NCBI GenBank assembly: GCA_011364925.1
Contig: RDOA01000018.1
Location: 1,012-65,011 of the forward strand
DNA length: 64,000 nucleotides
Reading direction: 5' to 3'
From: Promethearchaeota archaeon
GTDB lineage: Archaea > Asgardarchaeota > Lokiarchaeia > Sigyniarchaeales > SOKP01
In this document: in pieces, positions 49,502 to 59,169 of the stretch
Layout: each line of letters opens with the position of its first letter
Numbering within the stretch: position 1 is the first letter of the stretch
Translations under genes and position numbers: made by a program
The notes under the pieces: model-generated
Seen by the model: the letters and a program-made list of their open reading frames with translations, nothing else
Databases searched by the model: none
What the model was told of the DNA's origin: nothing

Positions 49502-49573
49502 GGGGCTGTGGATTAGTCGCAGATCGTTCGCTTGGCATGCGAAAGGCCGGGGGTTCAATTCCCCCCAGCTCCA
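49502..49573 (+). tRNA. tRNA-Ala (GGC), intronless
   Basis: Acceptor GGGGCTG/CAGCTCC with G3:U70, anticodon arm TTCGC-TTGGCAT-GCGAA, T arm GGGGG-TTCAATT-CCCCC, discriminator A, CCA not encoded. Confidence 0.93.
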
Positions 49574-49668
49574 TTATAATTTGTTAATCTCTTTTTTTAG
49601 TATTACCTGTAGAAAATTTAAATTATAAATTTACTTAAATCTAAACTAAAACTCTAGATGGTGATCAG

Positions 49669-50256
49669 ATGGAGAAAAAAAAAATTGAAGTTGGACCATA
49701 TCTATACCCAATGCCTCTTGTCCTGATTGGGGCAAATGTAGGAGGCAAAGCTAATTTTATGCCTCTTGCTTGGATTAGCATGGTTGAACATGAGCCTTAT
49801 ATAATCTCAATATCGTCTTATCAAACTCATTTTACGAATAATGGGATTATTGAAAACCTAACATTTAGTATCAACATTCCTTCAGAATCTATGATCGAAG
49901 CGACTGATTACTGTGGGTTAAAAACTGGTGAAAAGATAGACAAATCCCAAGTCTTTGAGGTTTTCTATGGAGAGTTAAAGACAGCACCAATGATAAAACA
50001 AGCACCTTTAAACCTTGAGTGTAGACTTGTAAATACAATTAACACAAAAGAATTTATTTCCACCGAATCTAAAGGACATTTTATATTTTTCGGTGAAATA
50101 ATTCAAGCTTACGCTGATGAGACGTATTTAACAAATGGCATGCCTGATATTACAAAAATGAAACCATTCAGTTTAACTCAAGCTGATAGAAGTTATTGGA
50201 ACATCGGAAAAAAAATAGGAAGTGCTTGGTACATAGGAAAAGATTATTCAATGTAA
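49669..50256 (+). CDS. Flavin reductase-like / flavoredoxin family protein
   Basis: LYPMPLVLIG, NFMPLAW, FSINIP, DYCG, LNLEC. Confidence 0.9.
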   Translation: MEKKKIEVGPYLYPMPLVLIGANVGGKANFMPLAWISMVEHEPYIISISSYQTHFTNNGIIENLTFSINIPSESMIEATDYCGLKTGEKIDKSQVFEVFYGELKTAPMIKQAPLNLECRLVNTINTKEFISTESKGHFIFFGEIIQAYADETYLTNGMPDITKMKPFSLTQADRSYWNIGKKIGSAWYIGKDYSM

Positions 50257-50302
50257 AACAAGAATCATAATGTATAAATAAGTTCACCCTTGAATTTTAA
50301 AT

Positions 50303-50324
50303 TCGTGAAATTCCGGTTTCACGA
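50303..50324. promoter_or_regulatory. Inverted repeat (operator or hairpin terminator)
   Basis: TCGTGAAA-TTCCGG-TTTCACGA followed by TCTTTTT. Confidence 0.4.
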
Positions 50325-50378
50325 TCTTTTATTAAATGCAAACTGAAAATTATTAAAAATTATTGAATTAAAGAGAGT

Positions 50379-50885
50379 ATGGCAGTAAAAGAAGTATTAT
50401 TGCTTGGAAATCCTAAATTGAGAGAAAAATCATCAAATATAAAAAGTTTTATCGGTGAATTCGAAAGTAATTTAAAGAACTTGAGCGATACGCTTTATTA
50501 TCTCCAAAAAGAAAAGCAAATAGGCAGAGCGATTGCTGCCCCTCAAATTGGATGGTTGAAAAATGTAATATTTTACAATTTACCGGAGCGAGCTTTTTTC
50601 ATGGTTAACCCAAAGATCTTGTCGAAAAGTGAGATAATGATCAGTGTATGGGATAGCTGTTTCTGTTTTGATGTGGCTTTTTTTATTGAGATTGAAAGAC
50701 ATAAAGAAGTAAAAATTCAGTACTTAGATAGAGAAGGTAATAAAAAAATCGAGGAATTTAATGATGATCTCTCTGAATTAGTTCAACACGAAATAGATCA
50801 TCTGAATGGTATACTCGCTACAGATCGTTTAAAAGATCCAAGAAAAATTATAATGAGAAAAGAATGGGAACGGAGGTTTAAGTAA
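50379..50885 (+). CDS. def: Peptide deformylase-like protein
   Basis: LGNPKLR, AIAAPQIG, NPKI, WDSCFC (EGCLS variant), QHEIDHLNG. Confidence 0.88.
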   Translation: MAVKEVLLLGNPKLREKSSNIKSFIGEFESNLKNLSDTLYYLQKEKQIGRAIAAPQIGWLKNVIFYNLPERAFFMVNPKILSKSEIMISVWDSCFCFDVAFFIEIERHKEVKIQYLDREGNKKIEEFNDDLSELVQHEIDHLNGILATDRLKDPRKIIMRKEWERRFK

Positions 50886-50886
50886 A

Positions 50887-51567
50887 TTGAAAAAAATTGG
50901 AATCTTAGGTGGTATGTCATACAAATCGACAATTAAATATTACGAACTATTTCTCCAGAAATACTACGAGAAATATCACGATTATAATTACCCAGAAATT
51001 ATAATTTATAGTCTCAATTTTCAAAAAGTAATTGATTATGAGTTGGGTGACGATGAAAGTAGCTATATTCGTTATCTCATGACTGGTATTGAATCTTTAC
51101 AAAAGGGAGGAGTAGATTTTATTGTTATGGCAGCAAATTCACCTCATGCAGTTTACGATAAACTAACGCAAAAATCGATAGTACCAATATTGAGTATTGT
51201 AGATGCGACGGCCAAAAAAGCTCAACAAGAGAAATTGAAGAAACTTTTATTATTAGGAATCAAATTCACTATGCAAGCATCATTCTATAAAGATCATTTC
51301 GAAAAAATTGGAATCGAAGTGATAACACCTTTAGATTCTGAACAGGATATTATAGACCAAATTATTTTTGATGAATTAGTGATAGGAAAATTTACAAAAG
51401 AAAGCAAGAATATGTTGCTAAACATTATAAGCAACTACGATGTAGATGGTGTTATTCTCGGATGCACTGAATTACCCTTGATATTACAACAAAACGATAT
51501 TAGCATAAAGTTACTTGACACAGTAGAAGTGCACATAGAAGCAGCACTAAAATTTTGCCTTAAATAA
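50887..51567 (+). CDS. Asp/Glu racemase-family protein (RacX/YgeA-like)
   Basis: IGILGGMS, ANSPH, LLGIKFTM, ILGCTELP. Confidence 0.9.
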   Translation: MKKIGILGGMSYKSTIKYYELFLQKYYEKYHDYNYPEIIIYSLNFQKVIDYELGDDESSYIRYLMTGIESLQKGGVDFIVMAANSPHAVYDKLTQKSIVPILSIVDATAKKAQQEKLKKLLLLGIKFTMQASFYKDHFEKIGIEVITPLDSEQDIIDQIIFDELVIGKFTKESKNMLLNIISNYDVDGVILGCTELPLILQQNDISIKLLDTVEVHIEAALKFCLK

Positions 51568-51678
51568 GCTTAAAATGCTTACGAATTATATATTCTAAAG
51601 TTATATTCTATAAATCTAGCAGTTTGAAAGTCTTTTTAATTCCCAAACGCTTTTAATAATTAATATAATAATGATAAA

Positions 51679-53961
51679 GTGGTAATTTCTATGGGACGCT
51701 TTAAGCTTACCAAGATTAAATTAAAGGATTTAGCTCCAATTATTTTAGTCATGTTTTTATTATTTGTGTCAATAGCTTGCGCCAATATGTTAATCCCAAG
51801 CTATGGAGTTATCCACTTGGAGCTTGGAATTCCTGAAGCTCTTGTAGCGATTCCCGACTCGGGTTTTTTGCTAACAAGTGCTAGTTTTGCCCTAATTTGG
51901 GGGTATTTTACTGATAGAATAGATAGAACAAAAGTAATAATTGTAGGTGCCTTTTCTTGGACTTTTGGCATGATGTTGACTGGATTTTCATCATCATTTA
52001 TAATCTTATTAATTTCTAGGATGATAAGTGGAATTGGATTGGGATGCGTAATTCCCGTAGGTTATTCCATTATTTCGGATGCAATACCTCCTGATGAAAG
52101 ATCAGGCTGGTTTGGAACGCTTGCAATATTGAGTTCTCTTTCAAATGGTTCGGGTCAAGCTTTATCTTCCTTTATAGGTCCAGTATTAGGGTGGAGATTC
52201 CCATTCTTTTTATTATCAGGAATATCGATCGCAATAGTGTGCGTATTGTTTTTTGTTAAAATTCCTCAACGAGGTGCGAGTGAAAGTGAACTATCAGATT
52301 TAGTCGAATTGCATTTAGAATATAGTTACAAAATATCTAAAAAAGATTTGGGCGTAATATTGATGAAAAAAACAAACAAGTACTTAATTATACAAGGATT
52401 TTTTGCTATAATTCCTGGAACCTTGTTCGTTTACTTTATGACATCCATGCTCTCGACTCATTATTTTACAGTTTTACCTAGCGAAATTAGGTTACAAACA
52501 GCTGCAATCTTTGCAGGTTTACTAGGTATAGGATATCTATTAGGAAACGCAATTATGTCCTATGTAGGTGATATTCTCTTCAGAAAAAACAAAAGAAATC
52601 GGACTCGAGTAGCTACAGCATGTATGGCATTAAGTATTCCGTTCATATTTCTGACACTAGTTTTTATTCAACCCGTTAGTAGCAAAATAATTACGAACTT
52701 AAGTTATCCTAGTCCAATCCCTCCTGGAGAAATAACAAAATATATCTTTTTAACAATCTTTGAAATATTCAAAGTATCTCCAAATTACATCTATTATTTC
52801 ATTTTTGGGTTTATAGGTGCTGTGTTAAGCACTGGTTGGGTATCAAATAAAAACGCTGTAATGGTGGATGTCAATCTTCCCGAGCATAAAGGTACAGCTA
52901 CTTCATTTTTTAGTCTTGCTGAACAAGTAGGAAAAGGAGTAACACTACTACTGTCTTTCACTTTAATTTCTCTTTTTGGGAGTGTTATTAATATGATGTA
53001 TTTTGCGGTATTTTTATGGGTGCCTTCTGCAATATTATGGATTTTGGTAGGAAGATCGGTTGAAACGGATATGGAATATAAAACTACAATTCTTTCGGAA
53101 CGTAAGCAAGTAAATATGTTGGAATTCATATTTGAATTGGAGATTCAAATGGATAGAGCTACCCAAAAAGTTCAAGACTCAAAATACTACATTTTATCAA
53201 ATCATTCGAAATTTAATAAACTATTAGACGATGCTATCGCGATTTTGAGTTATTGCGAAAAGGAGGGAGAATTTAGAAGCATTACGAAAATAGAAAAACG
53301 AGCTCGCGATATGAACATCAAAGCAACATCAATTAAGAATATGGCTAACCAGATATTCAAAATTCTTGAATTAGATGATTTGTCTGCCAAAGAAATTGAT
53401 ATGCTAAACGAAGATTTAAGACAGATAATACTTAAAATCGCAGAAGGTGAAAGAAGCACTTTTGGAGACCTTCAAATATATTATGAAGATGCTTATCTGA
53501 AGATAGTTGAAGCGCGGCTTTTAAGGAAAAATGATTTATTTAAAAGTATGGAAAAAGTTCTGAAAGCGGTTAAAATATACGAAAGAGTGAAAAATCTCTT
53601 GAGTGAACGGTTACAGGTCATATTAGATAATTCGGAGCTTTCTAAGGAAGATAAATTTGTGTACGATAAAGAACAAGAACTTTTAGAAAAATGCTCAAAA
53701 GCTTTAGTAGCTACAACTAGTCTGAAAGAAGAATTTGAGGGAATCTTTAAGAAGCTAGAGGAAAATGGAATTTCTGAGAAAGATTTAGAGAAAATATCTG
53801 AATTAACCCTTGAGTATAACATTGACCTCTATACAGTAATTATGGACACTTTTGGTCAAGATAGAAGGACTAAAGAGACGATTTTAGAAGTTTTAAATGA
53901 AATAGATGCAATTTTTAACGAGTATGACAAATTAAAGGAATCAGAATTGAAAGTGTTTTGA
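51679..53961 (+). CDS. MFS transporter (spinster-like) with long C-terminal helical domain (start probably the ATG at 51691)
   Basis: WGYFTDRIDR, GWRFPF, about 12 TMs to aa ~460, then ~295 aa charged helical tail. Confidence 0.85.
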   Translation: MVISMGRFKLTKIKLKDLAPIILVMFLLFVSIACANMLIPSYGVIHLELGIPEALVAIPDSGFLLTSASFALIWGYFTDRIDRTKVIIVGAFSWTFGMMLTGFSSSFIILLISRMISGIGLGCVIPVGYSIISDAIPPDERSGWFGTLAILSSLSNGSGQALSSFIGPVLGWRFPFFLLSGISIAIVCVLFFVKIPQRGASESELSDLVELHLEYSYKISKKDLGVILMKKTNKYLIIQGFFAIIPGTLFVYFMTSMLSTHYFTVLPSEIRLQTAAIFAGLLGIGYLLGNAIMSYVGDILFRKNKRNRTRVATACMALSIPFIFLTLVFIQPVSSKIITNLSYPSPIPPGEITKYIFLTIFEIFKVSPNYIYYFIFGFIGAVLSTGWVSNKNAVMVDVNLPEHKGTATSFFSLAEQVGKGVTLLLSFTLISLFGSVINMMYFAVFLWVPSAILWILVGRSVETDMEYKTTILSERKQVNMLEFIFELEIQMDRATQKVQDSKYYILSNHSKFNKLLDDAIAILSYCEKEGEFRSITKIEKRARDMNIKATSIKNMANQIFKILELDDLSAKEIDMLNEDLRQIILKIAEGERSTFGDLQIYYEDAYLKIVEARLLRKNDLFKSMEKVLKAVKIYERVKNLLSERLQVILDNSELSKEDKFVYDKEQELLEKCSKALVATTSLKEEFEGIFKKLEENGISEKDLEKISELTLEYNIDLYTVIMDTFGQDRRTKETILEVLNEIDAIFNEYDKLKESELKVF

Positions 53962-53965
53962 ATTT

Positions 53966-54268
53966 TTAGTTTCCTAAAAATTCTGCTTTTAGAATTTCTT
54001 TATACTCTGCTTTTTCGTTATTTATCAAGTCATGAGTGCTTCTTCCTTTGTGATTATAATGATCAGGACTATCATTATTGGAAAATAAATTAACTAATAA
54101 AATGAGACAATTTCTTAATTCTAAATCGTTGATTCTTTCGGAATTAAAGTTATTCATGATTTTAATAAGGAGATTGCTTAAATAAACCCTACTAAATTTA
54201 GATAGGTCGATCTCCCCTTCCTTAGATTTTTTATTGTAAAACTCTAAGATATTTGCTATGCAATCCAT
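53966..54268 (-). CDS. Hypothetical protein
   Basis: 100-aa ORF, AGGA upstream. Confidence 0.55.
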   Translation of the reverse strand: MDCIANILEFYNKKSKEGEIDLSKFSRVYLSNLLIKIMNNFNSERINDLELRNCLILLVNLFSNNDSPDHYNHKGRSTHDLINNEKAEYKEILKAEFLGN

Positions 54269-54464
54269 TTTTGATATATTCCTATACCATTATGAGAGTT
54301 CAAGAATTACGTATAAACATACTCTTGAAATTCTCTTAATCTTAACTATTCTTTTTATTGATACATGCTAATTCGAGTATAAAAATATTTTTAACTCCCT
54401 ATTCCAAGAAATAGTGAAGAAATCACAATATAATTTGAAAGGCCCTTTACTAAGAAAAGTTATT

Positions 54465-55040
54465 TTAAATACTTACTTCAACGCTCTCTATAAATTTGTC
54501 AATAGCTTGTTCAAGATCAATTAAATCGTCTACTTCTTTTATATCAGAACTTGCAATTCTATTTAGAAATTCTTTTAGAAGCTTTTCTTTTTCTTTATCA
54601 TGCGGAAAGATTAAGCTACTTTTATAGTGTTCGTAATCTAAGATGTTAGTAAACACCAAAAATAGTATCTCTATATGACTGTATTCTATTAAACTTAGTA
54701 ATTTGTCCTTTGTAATGAGCGTTTTTGTTTGATCTTTATAAAATCCAGAGAGATCATTATAATAATTTGTTATGAGAGCAAGATTATCCAATTGAGTTTG
54801 CAGTGCAGATTGGCTTATAGGACCCTCATCACTATACATTATTTCAAAATAAGCACTAATGAAATCTTTTAATTTTTGGAGCTTTTGCTGAAAGACTCGC
54901 GTTTTAACAATTCTCGTGAACATTGGACTTTCTTTATCCTTATAAAACTTTAATTCAAATTTCACGATCGCCAAAATATCGAGAAATAATTCCTTTATAT
55001 CAATATTATCTTTTTCCATTTTAAGAAAACTAAGTAGCAA
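54465..55040 (-). CDS. Hypothetical helical protein
   Basis: 191-aa ORF, no motif recognised. Confidence 0.6.
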   Translation of the reverse strand: MLLSFLKMEKDNIDIKELFLDILAIVKFELKFYKDKESPMFTRIVKTRVFQQKLQKLKDFISAYFEIMYSDEGPISQSALQTQLDNLALITNYYNDLSGFYKDQTKTLITKDKLLSLIEYSHIEILFLVFTNILDYEHYKSSLIFPHDKEKEKLLKEFLNRIASSDIKEVDDLIDLEQAIDKFIESVEVSI

Positions 55041-55188
55041 GTGAATTTTTATTTCTAATATCTATTATACCTTTGGTCATATAAAAATATAATATCTATA
55101 GAATTCTAATCTAGCAATTAATATAATTTTTGAGATTTATTAATTTTAACAAAATTCAACCTTCATAACTTCACATTGTGTCTCGGAG

Positions 55189-56178
55189 TTAATAAGTTAA
55201 AGGAAAATATCTCTGGTCTGGAATATGTTTTTTAATTTCAGACGGTTCACTACTTACTTTTCTTTTTGTTAACTTTCTAAAGAGTATCGCTCTGACATGA
55301 ATCTTTAAAATCCTAATAGGTGTATGGATCATAAATTTTAGATTGTTAGAAGGATTCTGTCTGAGCTCGAGAAACTTTAAATAAAAACTTTCGGCGTCCC
55401 CTCTTTTCCTTGGTTTTTCGAAACTGATGAAATTTTGAATAATTTTTTCTAATAGTTCGGAGTTTTCAAAGCAGTAATAATTTGAGGCTTTTAACGACCA
55501 TTTAATAGCCTCTAACTGATACTTTATAGAATTTAAATCTTTTATTGGCCCAATGAGTAATGCAAAGAAAGAAATGAAGAGATTCATAACCGTACTCCTA
55601 ATCATCTCGATGAATGAAATCTTAATTTTTGGTCTAAGCTCGTTTCTAAGATCTTCACCAAATAAAAGAGTACTATTTTGAATTACATTTCCTAAAACAA
55701 TGTTTCGAGGCGCAAATAGCGCAGAAAAAACGCGATTTACTTGAAATATTTTGTAAAATGTCCCTTGTTCCCAGAATTTCTGTCTAGTTAAAAAGTGACT
55801 CACAAACATACCTGTTGTTTGGGATATAACATTTAAAACATCGCGAGTTAAATTTGTTGTTGGTTCTTTAAATTTATGTTTAATCTCCAACGCGAGAAAA
55901 TATCTTTCAATTTCTCTAATATGTCTGCTAGACACTCGATTTTTAAATATAAAAAGTAGATCACAATCGGACACAATCGTATTTTCTTTTTTTACTTGCT
56001 GGCTTCCAAATAAAAGAAGAGAAACAATTTTATTAATACCGATTTCCTTATTGATCAAAACAACAATATCTTTAATATAGTTCCGTGATTGTTCATTCAA
56101 GCCCCCAAGATTTCTTGAAATGTGATATCTTATTTTATCGTTTGATTCACTGGTTTCTCTTGAATCGTATTCTTGCAT
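55189..56178 (-). CDS. Pol-beta-superfamily nucleotidyltransferase with helical C-terminal domain
   Basis: LLLFGS...SDCDLLFI signature; LLFGEDL closing motif. Confidence 0.75.
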   Translation of the reverse strand: MQEYDSRETSESNDKIRYHISRNLGGLNEQSRNYIKDIVVLINKEIGINKIVSLLLFGSQQVKKENTIVSDCDLLFIFKNRVSSRHIREIERYFLALEIKHKFKEPTTNLTRDVLNVISQTTGMFVSHFLTRQKFWEQGTFYKIFQVNRVFSALFAPRNIVLGNVIQNSTLLFGEDLRNELRPKIKISFIEMIRSTVMNLFISFFALLIGPIKDLNSIKYQLEAIKWSLKASNYYCFENSELLEKIIQNFISFEKPRKRGDAESFYLKFLELRQNPSNNLKFMIHTPIRILKIHVRAILFRKLTKRKVSSEPSEIKKHIPDQRYFPLTY

Positions 56179-56243
56179 CTTTTTTAAAAAAATTTGTGCT
56201 ATAATAAAAATATAAAATGAAAATAAATATTTGATTAAAATCT

Positions 56244-58253
56244 TTATATACGATTTCCGAGGTTATAACCTCTACTTATAGCTTCCATGACAGTTTGAGG
56301 CTTTTTGGCATCACCAAGCTTCTCAACAGGAATTTTTAAAGCATTAATCTCTTTAAAAAGCGAATCGTTGGATTTAACACCGGTTGCATGGTAAACATAA
56401 TCAACATTGTTGATTTGTTGTTCCTTATCATTAGCATCAACGAAAGAGACATAATTTTCGCCAATCTCAGTGACTTTTACACTCGTAAGTAGTTTTACTC
56501 CAAGATAATCACATTTATCTAACAAAACCCATTTCGTTGTTTTTCCCAACGCTGATCCTAACTTTAGTAATTGTTCTAAGACGGTTACTTTATTTCTCCC
56601 TTCTTGCATCATCTTTAAGGCAACTTCCGGCTCTAAAGCTTTGTATAGGGTAAGAAAATTAAACGCATCAACATTTAATGCTCCGTATTTTGCAATGTAT
56701 ATAGCTAATTCTATTCCTGTGGCACCCCCACCGATGATTACATTATTCTTGCCTATTGGAGCATCACCGCTAAAAACATCATTTGCCCAAAATACATTTT
56801 CTCTTTCAATACCTGGGATGGAAGGTTTAATCGGTGTGGAACCCGTTGCGACAAATACGACGTCAGGATTAAATTCTTTAACTTTGTCTATTGTAATATT
56901 TTGTTGCAAATGAACGCTTATACCATATTTTTGAATCCAGTAAGTATAATTTTCAATCATTCTCCTAAATTCATTTCTTCCCGGTGGTATCCAAATTATG
57001 TTTAATAACCCACCAATCTTATCATCCTTCTCGAATAAGTGCACTTCATGACCTCTCATCGCCGCAATGCGTGCTGCTTCTAACCCCGCTGGACCAGCAC
57101 CGATTATCATTACCTTTTTCTTGGTCTCAAGAGGATTTAACTGAGTTTTAGCTTCTTTTCCAGCTCTAGCATTTCGTAGACAAGCTACTGATTGCATATT
57201 AAAAATTGCATCAAAACACCCTTGGTTACATCCGATACAATTCATTATGTCCCTTAATTCCCCTCTTTGTGCCTTTTTGGGTAGGTATGGATCTGCAATT
57301 AATGTTCTACCCATACAGATTGCATCAGCCTTACCCGCCATCAAAATTTGTTCAGCTAATTCGGGTGTGTTTATTCTGTTGGAAGAAAATACCGGAATTG
57401 AAACGTTTTTCTTAATATTTTCTGCTAAATAGGAATAACAACCCTCAGGTACATCCATAGTTGTTTGAGGCGTTTTTGTTTCGTGCCATCCTCCAGTTAC
57501 ATTCAAGTAATCTAAGTATTTCGAGAGTTCTTTTGCAATAACTGCTTTTTCTTTATAAGTATTACTATCAGGGACGAAATCATCTCCTGATATCCTATAA
57601 CCAAGAGGAGTATCATCTAACTTGGACTTCATTAACTCTAAAGTTTCTATAGGGAACCTCAGACGGTCTTCTAAATCTCCACCGTATTGATCAGTCCGTT
57701 TGTTCGTTTTTGGTGAGATAAATTGAGTCATCAGATAACCAGCATTTGCGCAGACTTCTACTGCGTCAAAACCAGCTTTTTTAGCGCGCATTCCTGCATC
57801 TACAAATGCTTGTTGTTCCGTTTTTATATCTTCAAGAGTCATCTCGCGGGGAGTTGCTTTACTAAATTTACTATACACCGCAGAGGGAGCAATAGGCGCT
57901 TTTCCAATTACTAATGGTAATGTATAAGCCCCACCATGATACATCTGAGCACAAATCTTTACATCATCTCTGGCTCCGTGAACAGCGTCCGTTAATTGTG
58001 TCAAGGTAGGTAAATAATCGTCACTATCAATAGATATCATCATCGGATGTCCTTTTGCGTAAAGATCTACGTAACATCCTCCTACGATTAACATCCCCGC
58101 ACCACCTTTAGCTCTTTCAACATAAAAATCAATTAGCTTCTGAGTAATATACCCATCGCTTGCCATGTTAAGATTAATAGCGGGCATAACAATACGATTT
58201 GAAACGCTTATCTGTCCAATCTTAAAAGGGGTAAATAATTTAAAAAACTTCAT
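56244..58253 (-). CDS. Old-yellow-enzyme/FAD oxidoreductase (2,4-dienoyl-CoA reductase/BaiCD-like)
   Basis: NRIVMPA, ERAKGG, NKRTDQYGG, CIGCNQGC...C, IGAGPAG, GGGATG. Confidence 0.92.
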   Translation of the reverse strand: MKFFKLFTPFKIGQISVSNRIVMPAINLNMASDGYITQKLIDFYVERAKGGAGMLIVGGCYVDLYAKGHPMMISIDSDDYLPTLTQLTDAVHGARDDVKICAQMYHGGAYTLPLVIGKAPIAPSAVYSKFSKATPREMTLEDIKTEQQAFVDAGMRAKKAGFDAVEVCANAGYLMTQFISPKTNKRTDQYGGDLEDRLRFPIETLELMKSKLDDTPLGYRISGDDFVPDSNTYKEKAVIAKELSKYLDYLNVTGGWHETKTPQTTMDVPEGCYSYLAENIKKNVSIPVFSSNRINTPELAEQILMAGKADAICMGRTLIADPYLPKKAQRGELRDIMNCIGCNQGCFDAIFNMQSVACLRNARAGKEAKTQLNPLETKKKVMIIGAGPAGLEAARIAAMRGHEVHLFEKDDKIGGLLNIIWIPPGRNEFRRMIENYTYWIQKYGISVHLQQNITIDKVKEFNPDVVFVATGSTPIKPSIPGIERENVFWANDVFSGDAPIGKNNVIIGGGATGIELAIYIAKYGALNVDAFNFLTLYKALEPEVALKMMQEGRNKVTVLEQLLKLGSALGKTTKWVLLDKCDYLGVKLLTSVKVTEIGENYVSFVDANDKEQQINNVDYVYHATGVKSNDSLFKEINALKIPVEKLGDAKKPQTVMEAISRGYNLGNRI

Positions 58254-58362
58254 TTTAGTCTTATTTCCTCGAATTTAATGTAATTTAATTTAATATGTAA
58301 AATCATCCATAAGCAAATAAATTTTAACTTTTAGCATCAATTGAAAAAAAAATGAATTAAAA

Positions 58363-59154
58363 TTAACGGAAATACGAATCAGTACTTCGATCTTCTTGAG
58401 GACCCGCCAAAAATTGATTTGCTTGCTTTTTATATGTATCAAGTATGTGTTCCATTTCATCAATCTTTGAATTCAATTCATCAAAATTCATTTCTATATC
58501 AAAATAATCCTTCAAGATGATAAGTAAAGCTTTAGATGCGCGAGGATCTAGAGCCATCATTGGTAAAGGTAAAGTTTCCGCTAACAAGCATACACCTGGG
58601 GCATAACCTTTTTGACCTGCCCACGCGGGCAAAATCCCATTCGCTCCAGCTATGACACCAACATCCATTAGGAGAGTATTGTCAAACTTGAGAAAAGAAT
58701 CAATAATGTTTTGATCTGTTCCGCACACATGGACCATGGGTACATCTCTTATTTTTTCAGTAACCATAGCGCCCGCACTAATATACATTTTTATTTTACT
58801 GTTTGTCAATCTATCCATTTCTCTACAAAATTTATCTGAAAAATCAAATACCCCTAGTGATGTTTGAGGTTGATAATTTGCAGTTAGAATAAATAAATCT
58901 GACTTCTTTTTTTCTTTTCTGGATTTAAAATACACTTTAGCAGAGGGAAGCTCTAATTTTCCTTTTTCAACATTCGATTTTGGAGGAAAATCGTTATACT
59001 CAATATCTAAAAATTCTTTAGCGTTAATTGAGTCTTTTATTGATGTGATCGCTAATTGAGCTACTAAAGCAATTCCAGGCCAGCCAATTAACACAATTGG
59101 GTCTTGTAGTTCTTCAGGATTTAATTCAAACTTTTGAGTTATGTTTATATTCAT
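58363..59154 (-). CDS. PAC2-family proteasome assembly chaperone-like protein
   Basis: GWPGIALVAQLA, YQP, GANGIL, CLLAET, DPRAS; C-terminus DSYFR. Confidence 0.85.
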   Translation of the reverse strand: MNINITQKFELNPEELQDPIVLIGWPGIALVAQLAITSIKDSINAKEFLDIEYNDFPPKSNVEKGKLELPSAKVYFKSRKEKKKSDLFILTANYQPQTSLGVFDFSDKFCREMDRLTNSKIKMYISAGAMVTEKIRDVPMVHVCGTDQNIIDSFLKFDNTLLMDVGVIAGANGILPAWAGQKGYAPGVCLLAETLPLPMMALDPRASKALLIILKDYFDIEMNFDELNSKIDEMEHILDTYKKQANQFLAGPQEDRSTDSYFR

Positions 59155-59169
59155 TTTATATTACCACCT

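Noticed and set aside
49502-56178. Integrated mobile element at tRNA-Ala
   Set aside because: No integrase, transposase or duplicated tRNA 3' end was seen in the window
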